Made by a program: the position numbers and the translations under genes. The notes under the pieces were generated by a model. The model ran no database searches. It saw only the letters and a program-made list of their open reading frames with translations, and had not been told where the DNA came from. 64,000 nt of DNA. It comes from Macrostomum lignano (taxonomy: Eukaryota). This document shows, piece by piece, positions 1-12,095 of this stretch. Position 1 is the first letter of the stretch. Every line of letters starts with the position of its first letter. The stretch spans positions 1 through 64,000 of the forward strand of contig NIVC01003650.1 of assembly GCA_002269645.1 (NCBI GenBank). Reading direction: 5' to 3'.

Positions 1-59
1 TAAAGTAGTAGCATTATATGGACGTACATGTAGCATGTATATGTCTTTTGGATGTAATT

Positions 60-235
60 TTGTATATATATAATGAGCAGCCCCGGCGAGTGCGCGTATA
101 GGCGTCAACGTCCACGTCTCTGTACAGCAGGACGGACTCGAGCACCGCCTGCCAAAGCCGAGACCTCTCTGGCGATCGGCAGCACTTTAGACTGAAGAAC
201 AGCGCGAATCTACAGCTAATAGACCGGTCAGGCAA
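60..235 (-). mobile_element. Degenerate non-LTR retrotransposon (RTE-like) fragment
   Basis: Minus ORF contains RLWQAVLESVLLY, resembling the post-RT motif (RLFxAxVESVLLYG) of RTE-type LINEs. Short and decayed. Confidence 0.3.
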
Positions 236-1158
236 GTCCTGAGATCTGTGCCGCCGGATGTGTCATCCTCTACGTTGAGCAACAGTTGGAGCTACGTTGA
301 GCCGTACGTGAACCGTCGGCAGCGTGCGAGCTTGGTCGTCTGCGCCAGCCCGCTGGGATTATCGGCTGGTAGGATGGTCAGCACCCCTCGGCCCTCGGCC
401 CTCAGCGGTGTTGACAACATACATTAAGGAAAGCCACTCGATCGATCTCATAGTAATTAAGGCTGAAGCTCCTTTAATAGTTGCACAATATTCAGCTGTC
501 ACAACTTAAGAATTGTCGATAAAAAAAAAATTATTAGCCAATATTAGCACGGCCACTGCAGCCAAAAATTATACTGTTAACATATAGCGAACAGAAAAAA
601 TAGCTACCTTTGTAAATGCAATGTAAAAACTTTAAAAGCAAAATCTTGCAAACCTATGCAATCTCATATGAATCTAAGTGTGATGAATTAAATGGGTTGA
701 CATAAGAGATGTAAGTGTTGTAGGTTTGGATAAAAAAGAGTAAGCAGGCTAACATAAAGGGTAGCATGACTTTCGCATACCTTATCGTAATTTTAATAAG
801 TCCTTCATCCTTCTGTGAGTTTTAAATAGCTGGAGATTTTCATACTTAATCCAGAAAGTTTTAAAATAAAAAAAGACTGCTTTTGCAAACACTTTTGTTT
901 ATGTCGTATAGTTCTAGGAAAAATACTTTAAAAACTTTGCAAGATCACATATTGATTATTGACGACTAATTTGTAAAATCTGATCCTCCAAGTCCCCTGA
1001 CATTGTGCGTTGCGTTAATCAAGCCCTTTCGCTTTCTTTGTAACTGAAATGCTTGATTTCTAGATATTTAGCTTACTTGAAATACTGCACAATAATCCAA
1101 CTACAGCCAAACAGACTAGCCCTACATAATCTTTCATACTGACGCTGACGCATAATAA

Positions 1159-4100
1159 ATGTCAATGATGACCAATCTTCCTGTTATCGGTTGCATATTT
1201 AATCACGAAGTTGTTTGTTCACTTTTCCTACCAACATTTGCCGTGATTGGCGTTTTGACTGTAATATTTTTATTTCTATTTCGTAAGCCAAAGCCACCAC
1301 CTTATTTGTTTTGATGATAGTGAATCGATTCCATTTATCAAGAAAAAGAAGCAACCAAAATGGGCAGTAATGCTGAGACAAAGGAGACAAAGTCGAAGGT
1401 ATAAGTTTTTAAAATAACACTTGCTTGCAACTAAAATATTTTGATGAAGAAGCCGATTTTTTTTTGACTTTTTGTAAATAGGCCTAATATAGGCATTAGT
1501 AATAGCAAAGTAATAGCAACTAACATTGGCTTGTATTAATATTAATATTTATAAGTAGGCCCACGCCAATGGATTCTCAATACAAATACCTGTACAGTAT
1601 TGGTTAGGCCCCTAGTTATTATACTAGGCCTAAAGTACTCCTATTAGCCCCTTTTAAGAGAAATTTCATTTAGGAATATACAAAACTTTAATTTACTATC
1701 ATAGGGCCTATCATAATCCCATATACTAAAAATGATTATATCTGTAAATATAGAGGCCTAATTTTTTTAGCATAGGGCCTAGCCATTCATAGGTACTTTG
1801 TATCAGTTTTATAATCCCAATAAATCATAAAAATGTAATTAAGTATAGAAATTTAGCATAAAATGCAAATTATTATATATAATATTAAAATAAAACTTAT
1901 TGTTATTGGTTATATTATTAATCACAAAGTTGTTTGTTCACTTTTCTTATCTATTAATCATTTTCTATTTATAAGCAATTTAGCAAAAAATAAAACAATA
2001 GGATAATTTGTCTAATTTTTTGTAAAAATAATAGGCCTTAGGCATTATTAGGCTTTACTATAATATGATATATTAAAAACAAGTTTAAAATTTATTTTTT
2101 AAATCTTATAAAAGGCCAAAGATACAACTTTACAAGGATTTTAATTATTTTTATTATTAAACATTGGGTCTATGACTAAGCCTATTATTAATACATTGAA
2201 TAATTAAATAAGCCTAGTTCTAGTTATCAAATGTTATAAATATTTTGTTCCTAATCTAATCTTATTCTTAGTTTTAAATATTTTTTATTTTGTGGCTATG
2301 TATAATTTTTTTAATAATATGGTTTTATTAATTTTCTAAATCTAATATTGTTTTGTTTTTGCAGTAAGTAAAATTGAATAAGACTAATATATATAGAATA
2401 ATGTAATATATATTATAATTTTAATATTACATGTTACTTGATTGTCATTTGGTTATATTAGGCCTTTTGCAGCATTAATAATACTTTAATTTAATATTAA
2501 TTTTAATAATTAAATATTCATTAACAATATTAATATTAACAATGCATCTAGATAGACTAGAAAGTTGCAAGTTAAGTGTTCAAGTTGATTATACTAGGTT
2601 TACACAATTAGGATTCTACTATCAATCAGTTGATTATATAACAATATATGTAATCAAGATGATAAAATAGATTCATAAAAGCAAATGCACAGCTATATTT
2701 TTATGTGCTAAGAAAATGAAGACTTCCTATCTCTGTAGTGTATTTTCTCAAAAAACCTGCCTCCTAAAATTTGAGTATGGTCTTTTTTGTCTTACATTTG
2801 TATAGATTGTGTTGTCAATGAGTGCTATAATTTTCTTTTTCAAAAAATCAAATAGCTTTAATAATTTTATACTGCTTCAAATATTTTTGTTTAACAGGCA
2901 AAGTTGGCCTTAGCTACACAGCAAGTGAAGACCAAAGGCCAACAGCAGCAGCAAGGACAGACTGCTTCAGCTACAGCTGCCTCTGTAACTGTGGTAACTA
3001 AATTTAAACTGTTTTTTTTTCAATTTTTTAATAGATTTTTTGGGTTCTACAGCCATTTATTATTTTTTAGACACCAACGCCTGAGACTGTGAAGGTCAGC
3101 GCATCTGTTGCTCGTCGAGCTCCACCAGCAGGCGCCGCTGCTGACGCTGCCGACGCTTGGTTCGAGGTGACTACCGGCGGCAAGAAGAAAGCGCTGAAGA
3201 AGGAGCCGCAGCACCTGACAAAGCAAGAGAAAACTAGGAGTTATAAAAAGGAAGAAAAATCAGAACAGAAAGTGGAACCTGGAGTGGAGTCTATGGCCAA
3301 GAAAGAAGTGCCTAAGGCTAAAGAGGAAGAACCCAAAGCCAAGAAGGAAGAGTCAAAGGCTAAGAAGGAAGAGCTGAAAGCCAAGAAGGAAGAACCCAAA
3401 GCCAAGAAAGAAGAGCCTAAGGTTAAAGAGGAAGAGCCTAAGGCCAAGAAGGAAGAGCCTAAGGCCAAGAAGGAAGAGCCTAAGGCCAAGAAGGAAGAGC
3501 CTAAGGCCAAGAAGGAAGAGCCTAAGGCCAAGAAAGAAGAGCCTAAGGCCAAGGAAGAGCCTAAGGCCAATAAGGAAGAGCCTAAGGCCAAGAAGGAAGA
3601 GCCTAAGGCCAAGAAAGAAGAGCCTAAGGCCAAGGAAGAGCCTAAGGCCAATAAGGAAGAGCCTAAAGCCAAGAAGGAAGAGCCTAAGGCCAAGAAAGAA
3701 GAGCCTAAGGCCAAGAAGGAAGAGCCAAAGGCCAAGGAAGAGCCAAAGGTTAAGCAAGATGTATCCAAAGCCAAGACACAGTCGCCTAAGGCTGCTGACA
3801 GTAGCGCAAACGACTCCGGTCTGGGCACCAGCTTTGTCGAAGTGCCCCTATCGCCTTCAAAGCCTGCCGCGGCTGCCCAGTCCGCTTCTACGCCAAAGAA
3901 GTCAAAGAAATCGCGCAAGCAGCCTATAGAAGTAGACGGTTTTGTCCTCGCTGACTTCTCGCCGCCGTCAAGCGCCAGCTCCGCGTCTCTGTCGCCGCCG
4001 GTGTCGCATCATTCCGATCCGCCTTCGACCAGTAGCGGCCCGGCTATTGCCTCCCTTGTTGAAGATGACGCAGAAGACATCGCTGGCAATGCGGCCTCCG

Positions 4101-4309
4101 GTGGAGGCAGTTCAAGCCAGACTTCCGGCTCGGCTAAGAAAAAGTTAAAGAAGCTTAACAAACAGCAGAAGCAGCAACAGCAGTCGGAAGGTCCCAAGCC
4201 TTCTGCTGCTGATCCGCCGCCCTTGCCTGCCACTGAGGAGGCTGACGGCTCCTCCGCCTGGGTTGAAGCGCCCAGCTCCAAGAAGCGTCGAGCCAGACGC
4301 GAGAACTAA
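1159..4309 (+). CDS. Metadherin/LYRIC-like single-pass membrane protein with KEEPKAK repeats; join(1159..1398,2898..2993,3071..4309)
   Basis: Phase-0 GT-AG introns 1399-2897 and 2994-3070 join the exons in frame. Exon 1 encodes a hydrophobic segment (LFLPTFAVIGVLTVIFLFLF) then RKPKP, but has stops at 1312-1323 unless two homopolymer indels are assumed. An alternative ATG lies at 1360. The C-terminus SAWVEAPSSKKRRARREN resembles the metadherin end (W..P...KKKKKARRET). Confidence 0.65.
3310..3750 (+). repeat. Coding 21-bp (and 18-bp) minisatellite encoding KEEPKAK
   Basis: Repeated aaggaagagcctaaggccaag units inside exon 3. Confidence 0.95.
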
Positions 4310-4570
4310 CTAAATTAATTGTCTCCAAATTTTCAAAGCGTTTTTTTCTTCTATTCCTTTCACCCGGGTGTCGGTTCTTTATTAGTTTGTTGATGAATTA
4401 ATCATTTCTGCTAGACCGTATTTCTGTTTGTTGACAATTGCTTTTTTTATTTACTTTTCCTGGCCTGGGCGTTTAACCAAAGCGCGTATATAACAAAACA
4501 ATAATGATATACACCTGGATTTCTAGTCTGGAGACGAAACATTTAAATTGACCTTCAGTTCGCTTTCCGG

Positions 4571-4755
4571 AAAGGGCCTGTCAACCTACGCTCATAAAGT
4601 GGAGCTATGACCTATGTACACAAATGATACTACAGTCCGCTCACAAAGAAGCTGGGTCTGGCAAAAAGCGACGATAATTGGACTTGGGATAGGGGAGAAC
4701 AAACAAGGGGATAATTAGGGATTCTACTTTATGAGCTTAAGTTGACAGGCCCTTT
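4571..4755. mobile_element. MITE with GGGCC termini (PIF/Harbinger-like)
   Basis: aaagggcctgtcaacctacgctcataaagtgga is the inverted partner of tctactttatgagcttaagttgacaggcccttt. No clear TSD. Confidence 0.55.
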
Positions 4756-6140
4756 TGTCTATGGTCCAACTGAGCTCCTACCCAGGTTAAAGGAATTTAT
4801 AACCCCGCATTTGTCCCGGTCAAACAAGTCTACGGCCTTGTGTTGAAACGTATTTGTCCGAAGAAACCATAGTTTATTTGGACCATAGACCATAGACTAT
4901 TTTGCAATTTTATCCAATTTCACAGCAAACGGTAGGGGAAGATTGTTCACTTTGGTTGGTTAAACATGTTCGTCCATCATAGACTCGCAATCTAGGTAGT
5001 ATAAATATAGCTGAGGCGTCTCGACACTTATTAGCCTGTCTCAGCCATCAATATGAATATAATGGATTGCTAATTGGGCCCATTTGCTCTTTCTTAATCG
5101 CTTTACCATTCCGAAGTTATTTATAGTTTCATACATGTATGCTCACAGGAAAAGGGAAGTTATACTGATAATCCATTATATTCCAAAGTATACTTCTACT
5201 ATATTACTCGTTTGTTAATACGCTGATAATCTGGTGTCATTGACTCATTGGTACTGCGATTAAATGTTTTGTCGTTCGTTACTACATTGCAGGTGTGATA
5301 TTATCAGATAAAAGGCAATAATTTCTCCTTTTTGAGTTTCCAGCAATAAAACTTGTGTCGAATTGTTTCTAGCGCTCTTCCATTCCCTGACATTTGTTTT
5401 GATGATGGGCTGCACCGCGATTTACTTGTACGATTTGTGTAGAGAGAATTATGAACATAATTATCATTATCGTATATTTTTGATTCGCACTACCCCTCCG
5501 TTTCCGTTGCTCAAATGGCTGTTTTAATCAAATTTGTTTTCCCCATTCATCTCGAATTGTTTTCTCACTTATAGGTACGGAAGTTGCAATCAATTATATT
5601 GAAAAGTGCTATACAAGTCTTTAACTACATTTTGTCCTCGATCAGCCACTCGTGCCATTGATTTTTTGTCTCCCCCTCTGTTCCTGGTCCTCTCCTACCA
5701 GCTTGTTTCTCTTATATTATTTGAGTTTATTCTTTGTTTTAACAGCCAACTCTCTATCTGATTCCTGTTTTTTGTCTGATTTCTGCTCTTTTTTACTTCT
5801 TGCGTTAGACTGGTCCAGCTTTGCGAGTCCTGTTTCTCAATATTTAGTCACTTTGCGCTACTTGTTTTGCCGCTAACTTTGCAATGGTTTCATTGTCTCC
5901 CTCTGTCAGAATTGTTGCAATGTTCCTCAGTCTCATGATCATTTTTTTCTGTTCAATTTTGTGTTTTTGTGTTTGTTTTTGTTTTTTTTTCTTCTGGTTT
6001 TTTTCCAACCTGCGGCAAATGTGACTCCCCTCCCGTTTTTTTCGTTTGCTTTAACAAATTTCTCTGGTGAATATATAAATAAATACATGATGAGTTATTA
6101 TTATCTAATTATAATGCTTTACTAGCTGGGCACAAATGAC

Positions 6141-6276
6141 TATAAAAGTGTGCTCGCGAAGTAATCGTTACGACCTGCGAAGTTGTGTTTCTGTGGTTTC
6201 AACTGAAACTCGGTTTGGCTTAGCGTCGGAACAAGACAAGCAACTAGAATTCACAACTACATTCACAATGGTAAGT
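6141..6276 (+). promoter_or_regulatory. TATA box followed by a first exon ending ATG|GTAAGT
   Basis: TATAAAA at 6141-6147, ATG at 6268-6270, then a consensus donor gtaagt. Confidence 0.4.
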
Positions 6277-6459
6277 AACTAACCTACAATTGCAACTTAG
6301 ACCATACACAAAATGCTCATATTTGTGCTGCGATTAAAATCAAACTGAAAATCATTTATTATAGAAAGATTCCGCTGTTTGCGGGGATGCGGTCTATGTT
6401 GTATTGCTTAAACTATGCTTAACAGACTCGTGAAGTTTATTCTCTCTGCATGTTATAAC

Positions 6460-7158
6460 CAAGGACGACTTAAGTAGAAGGACGGGAAACCTCGTTTCTT
6501 AGAAAATTTTTGAAGGCACTTTTTCCCGAAAAAATACACTGCGGAGATAGGAAATTTTCATTTTTTCAGCACAAAAATTGCTATAACTTTTGATAGGAGG
6601 CAGATCCAGTGTTGATCTTTTGATATGTTGTGCCTTTTTTATTGCTCTATCGATATTTATAAAGCTTTTCGTTCAGAAAATTAGGATTCTATGTTAATTT
6701 TTTATTCTACGTACATTTCCTGTATCTAAAAATCACAAAAATGCATGACACAGCTCTAATATTTGGTTTTATGAATCTATTTTATCATCTGTGTTACGAC
6801 TATTTGCTATACAGTCAGGTAAGAAGGATAAAATAGACTCATAAAATCAAAGAGCCAAGCCGTGGCATTCTAATGTATTTCAAGCACAAGACACATGAAA
6901 ATATACGTAGAATAAAAAATTAACATAGAATCCTAATTTTCTGAACGGAAAGCTTTATAAATATCGATAGAGCAATAAAAAAAGGCACAACATATCAAAA
7001 GATCAACACTGGATCTGCCTCCTATCAAAAGTTATAGCAATTTTTGTGCTGAAAAAATGAAAATTTCCTATCTCCGCAGTGTATTTTTTCGGGAAAAAGT
7101 GCCTTCAAAAATTTTCTAGGAAACGAGGTTTCCCGTCCTTCTACTTAAGTCGTCCTTG
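6460..7158. mobile_element. Foldback hAT-like MITE with long TIRs
   Basis: About 250-bp near-perfect inverted arms starting CAAGGACGACTTAAGTAG. 8-bp flanks gttataac / attataac match at 7 of 8. Confidence 0.85.
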
Positions 7159-7202
7159 ATTATAACACTATAGAGCAAGTATTCATATTTTACTCGTACA
7201 CT

Positions 7203-8146
7203 ATTGTCTATGGTTTTCGGCAGTAAGACTTTCTGCAAAAACCAAGGACAACTTGATAACTAGTTGATTTATCAAGTTGTCCTTGGCAAAAACTTAATTG
7301 CTAAACGATGAAAGCGGTCTTTCGCGTCCCTGGGATTTCCCTAGGGAATCCCGGAATTACACTGCGATTTCTATTGTCTGCCGGCTGTTTTAGATGGTTG
7401 CCGGAAAATTAACGGAAGCATTTGGCTATAGAAAAGAATCGAACATGACAACGACGAACAGCAACAAAAGCAACGGAGTAATTTTGTTCCTCCGGTAATG
7501 GTGTTCACCAGGCGATTGACGGACGGGGATTCCAGGTGCCGTTGAATGGCCGCACGAAAACAGATGAGACTCGGCGCGTTAGTATGAATTCCATTCTGCT
7601 TTCGAAGAGACGAATAGAAAAGCCTCAAATAATCGTTCAAGAATCAATTCGGTAAACGCTCAAACTCTTGGCTGAGTCCCTTCTCATCGAGGAACTGGCC
7701 GAACCTTGCCACGAGAAGTTTTCATTTGAAGTCTCTGTCGATTTCGGCACAGATTCATTCTCAATCCGGTCCAGCATTTGCAGATCTTCGCTAGTCAGCT
7801 AAGGTAGCACTTCGGTACTGGAAGACGCATTCAAATTGTTAATCTCCAGAACAAAGCGATTGCTCGACTCTCGGGCGACAAAAGCCAACTCGTCTGTGGA
7901 GAGTCCACATTTCTCCGCCAGTATGTATTCGTAGCGAATTATAGATCATTTTTCTTCGGGTATTTCGACAAATCCACTAGAGAATTAATTTATGACAGTT
8001 ACGCTAGTCGTCTTCACTGTCCTTTCCGATTATCATAAACGATTGACTGATTATCCTTACTGCTATTTCAAAGTGCCATAGACAACAGAAGAAAATTTGA
8101 CTATAGAAATCCGGCAACAGTCAATTTCATTCAAAAGGGTAACAAT
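7203..8146 (-). mobile_element. Non-autonomous Crypton-like YR element carrying a degenerate N-terminal YR fragment
   Basis: Minus strand 7945-7371 encodes CGLSTDELAFV...VPKSTET...NDYLRLFYSSLRKQNG...LICFRAAIQRHL, homologous to 17660-17989 and to the YR at 15534. Ends match the 17369-18170 element. Confidence 0.7.
7242..7286. repeat. 45-bp palindromic mini-element
   Basis: ccaaggacaacttgataa ... tatcaagttgtccttgg; ends resemble the CAAGGAC MITE family. Confidence 0.6.
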
Positions 8147-8599
8147 AACGGTATAGACGACAGATTCTTTCACGGCAGCAATTGCGTAAGCTGAAGCTGC
8201 GTAGCGAAAAAATCCGTATATATCGTTACATTGCTTATTTAATGTCTAGATACATTCAATCACAAAAATATTTACCGTATTATTCCTAGATTTCTCGGGC
8301 CGAAACATAAATGCAATCATCAGTATGAGGCCCGGAACATTTTGTCTATGGTCGAACTTAATGAATTAATTATCGAACTTAATGATAACATATCGCTGGC
8401 CGAAATAGCCGAGTAGCCAGAGCTGATCACTTAGGTGTGTCAGGACTCATTGAAACCCTAATAAAAATTTTCGACTAAAAGTTGACTAAAAGTCATCTTG
8501 TGCAAGCTTCGAATATGACTTTTAGTCAATAATTTGTTACACGAATAATTGAACTCTGGTTCCGTTATTCTCCAGAATGACTCCGGTTGCCTGATGATG

Positions 8600-8900
8600 G
8601 AGGTCTATACATGATGTCTATACATGTTGACGTTGAATTGATCTTGACGTCGACAGCCACAACAGGACCTTTGACGTCGCCGGTTGTAAAAAAGGCGAAT
8701 CTGCCTGCTGTCACTCCATTCCCTAGTTCAGTGATAGTTTTTTTTTCGGCGGCATCCTTGATTAAATAAACATGCACATTTAACGCCGTTCTCTGACGAA
8801 ATAATTTGATCAGATTTTTTCAGAGATCTGATAGAGTCTGCCACGGAAGCGGAAATGGTACATCACCAAAAAGAAAACCTTGTCTGAAAGGTCTGTGAAT
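8600..8900 (-). pseudogene. Degenerate YR catalytic-domain fragment
   Basis: Minus strand reads DLSDKVFFLVMYHFRFRGR, then after a frameshift IRSLKKSD...ENGVKCACL...RKKNY. This matches KLQHETFFLIVYHFGFRGREWIRSLDKND...KREKN of the 15.5-kb YR. Confidence 0.65.
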
Positions 8901-9439
8901 TTTTTCTCATTGTACATTCTGAGCTTGTACATATCGCTGGCCGAAATAGCCGAGTAGCCAGAGCTTGATCACTTTAGGTGTGTCAGGACTTATTGAAAGT
9001 TGGGATAAAAATTCATTTCTTGCCGTTCAAGTCCGATAATTTCTCCTTCTGCAATTCTTGACAAGTTTATCATGTTGATTTTTGAACGAATGAATCTTGA
9101 ACAATAAAGCTTCTGAGTTTTCTACTCGTACTTTACTACACTTTGTCATGTTAAAAATCATATTAAGTGAGATTTGTCTATGGTAGTTAGTGCGAGCTTC
9201 GTCCCACACCCTCACTGTAGCGGGCCGCGAAATGATAATTTGGCCTGACATTTTATCCCCCACTTGTCCCGGTCAAATAAGTGTATGGTCTAGTGTTGAA
9301 GCATTTATTTGTCCGGGACGAAGAAATATTTATTTGTCCCGGCCGAAGAAACGATTGATGTGGAACTGACAACAACAACAAAAATGCCACAAAAAGCAAC
9401 TATGGTTAACACTAACGCTAATAGACTGATAGTCAATGA

Positions 9440-9740
9440 CAGTAAAGCACTTTTGTCTTTCCCACTCCATAGTGATCACGACGGTGTTATCATTTCCAGA
9501 AACTTCGATTCGCATTTTCTTCGCAGGAGCAGTAGAAACCGTCGTAGACCCAGTTGTCGGAGCGCCTCCAGCATCAGGAACAATGGCAACCGTCGTAGTC
9601 CCAGTTGTCGGAGCGCCTCCAGCATCACGAGCAGTGGCAACCGTCGGAGTCCTTGAGGTCGAAGCATCTGCAGCACCTACAGCAGAGCGGCTGATCAGAG
9701 CACTGCAGCTCATTTGCTTCTTCACTGACACTCAGCATCA
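9440..9740 (-). pseudogene. Probable YR C-terminal tail fragment with an internal ~51-54-bp duplication
   Basis: SVKKQMSCSALISRSA resembles SVEQKRSLSSAMTSG, and KKMRIEVSGNDNTVVITM parallels the end of the full YR (VVLEKNGLKVSIFM). Similarity is weak. Confidence 0.35.
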
Positions 9741-10039
9741 AACAGCAGCTGACACAACAGCATCAAACTATCGCTATCGCATCAAACTCGGGACTGTTCC
9801 GTTTCGATCAGAACCATAGACTGTTGAGCTATAGTTCTTTTTTTCCACAAGACCGAGAGATTATATACTTATCAGTGGTAAATAGACAACAGGCCACATC
9901 ACTTCATTTCGGCCCGCTGTTCTATTGTACCATGACCTTTGTGCCCGCTGGGCACTTATTCTTGCCTTTTAATGCCATAAACTACATTTAAGCCCACTTG
10001 CAGGAGTCACACTTACTCTAATGCAAATTAGCGGCCAGT

Positions 10040-10435
10040 TAATAGTACATTAATACCCATGCTTTAAGGGCGTTAATGGGAAAATCAGAGGGCGCCGTTA
10101 GGCGCCGTTAGGCGCCCTCTGATTTTCCCATTAACGCCCTTAAAGCATGGGTATTACTATCATTGTGCCATAGACATTTGTGTCCTTGACAAAGTGGGAC
10201 AAAATTAGCGGGCAGTTAATATCATTAACATTAACATTTTTGTTAATTTGCATTAGAGTAAGTGTGACTCCTGCAAGCGGGCTTAAATGTAGTCTATGGC
10301 ATTAAAAGGCAAGAATAAGTGCCCAGCGGGCACAAAGGTCATGGTACAATGATAATACAATAATGTGCCCGCCGTTAGGCGCCCTCTGATTTTCCCATTA
10401 ACGCCCTTAAAGCATGGGTATTAATGTACTATTAT
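10040..10435. mobile_element. Palindromic MITE (TAATAGTACATTAATACCCATGC ends) with its right half duplicated around a mini-YR element
   Basis: Hairpin at 10040-10155; its right arm recurs at about 10373-10435. Confidence 0.65.
10162..10350 (+). mobile_element. 189-bp internal-deletion derivative of the YR element at 15298-17259
   Basis: Begins with the same left end (attgtgccatagacatttgtgtccttgacaaagtgggacaaa) and ends with the same right end (...gggcacaaaggtcatggtacaat). An inverted right end also lies at 9924-10042. Confidence 0.8.
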
Positions 10436-10611
10436 ATGTCTTAATTTTTTAATATTGGTGTATATTTCGCATAAAACATCAGCATTTAACGGTTAAACTT
10501 ACAAATTTAGTCAATGTTCTATTTTCAGATTGTGCTACATCTCTCTTGGATTGCCAGTACCGCAGTCCGCGCGGGATTTTGACGATTGTTCAACAACTTT
10601 GTTCTGTTCTG

Positions 10612-10831
<220 letters not shown>

Positions 10832-11336
10832 CACACAGAGGACTCAACCGCAAAGGACAGCGGCTTACTGTCGGTAGCGCTTAAAGCAGAGGTGTGCGGA
10901 CTTCAGGACAGTACCTGGTAAAATTGCAGACTTCAGTCAGAAAAGTCTATTATATTTGTGTCGAGCACTGGTAATCCAGTATATTGTGAAACAGCTTGTT
11001 CTTTGAATCGCATGTGCTCAGAGTTGTTACAAACAAAATTAAGTTTACCAGTCGACAGGCCACTGATTTCTTGCTCAATGATGCCTTTTGTAATTCAGCA
11101 TGGTTTTTTGTTTGTTGGTTTGGTTTAAAGTTGCAATTGTAGCCTCTAGTTTTTCTTCTATTATAAATTTTCTTTTTTGAAAGTCTATGGGTCTATGGGC
11201 AAGCCCCCCACTAGCCTTACGGAAGCCAGGGGTGAGGAGGGTGGCGAGCCCCCCACATGTGACATCCCCTACCCAACAAGGCAACAACTGTATATAGCCC
11301 ACTAATCTTCTTAGTTCTTAATTACATTTGATTTTG

Positions 11337-12095
11337 TATAGCTTTTTGCAGCCCATTTGGGCTTACGCGCATATAATTTAATCCAAGATACGTTTGCCAA
11401 TGCAACGGAGCTTTTGTCTATGGTAGCAAGGCTGGCACAGCAGCATTTCATTTCGTCCAACAAGCATCAATTTGGTCCAAACGCTCGTGAGCCACTGGAC
11501 AAACTCCTGCCTTCTCGCAACTGTCTGCAGGTTGTTGCGTACCGCTGGAATATCAACAACAGCGTGTCTACCAATAATTTTCAGTCGCTTTTCCAGTGCT
11601 ATGCTGACAGTCAAAATCTGATAACCAACTGGAACTGTTCCTTCAGCTTCTGCTGCATTTTCTGAAACACCAACAAAGGGTTCGTCTCAACTACATCGAG
11701 TAGCAGTTCGACCTGAGGCTCTCGCAACTTGCCTTGGCGATTGCTACCCTGCCGGCAGAGTTTCAACGCGCTGATGGATGCTGTAAACCATCTTTCCTTT
11801 TAAATTCAGCAACCTTGCAATGTCCTTTGTGTGTTCACCTCTGTCGAGCGCTTAGATCGCAAGCCAATGGCATTCGTTCGACAGCCTAGCATATGGTCCA
11901 CTATTCTGGGGCTGATGTTGCTTTTACGCAGCAGTTGCAGATGAAGCTATGGACCAAATTGATGCTTGTTGGACCAAATTAAATGCCGCTGTGTCAGCTA
12001 GCTTGCTACCATAGACAAAAGCTCCGTTACATTGGCAAACGTATCTTGGATTAAATTCAATGCGTGCAGACCCAAATGGGCTGCTAAAATCTATA
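11337..12095 (-). mobile_element. Non-autonomous IS630/Tc1-mariner-like element
   Basis: About 140-bp TIRs (11337-11480 / 11950-12095) with TA flanks. The interior minus strand encodes a frameshifted HTH-type N-terminus (ALDRGEHTKDIARLLNL...LLDVVETNP...PAVRN...RRQEFVQWL). Confidence 0.65.

Noticed and set aside
11190-11302. Possible LINE 5' UTR or SINE fragment
   Set aside because: Only vague resemblance; no internal second copy, TSD or ORF to support it.
11337-12095. Fanzor/TnpB cargo in the IS630-like element
   Set aside because: No RuvC-like ORF seen here or elsewhere in the window.
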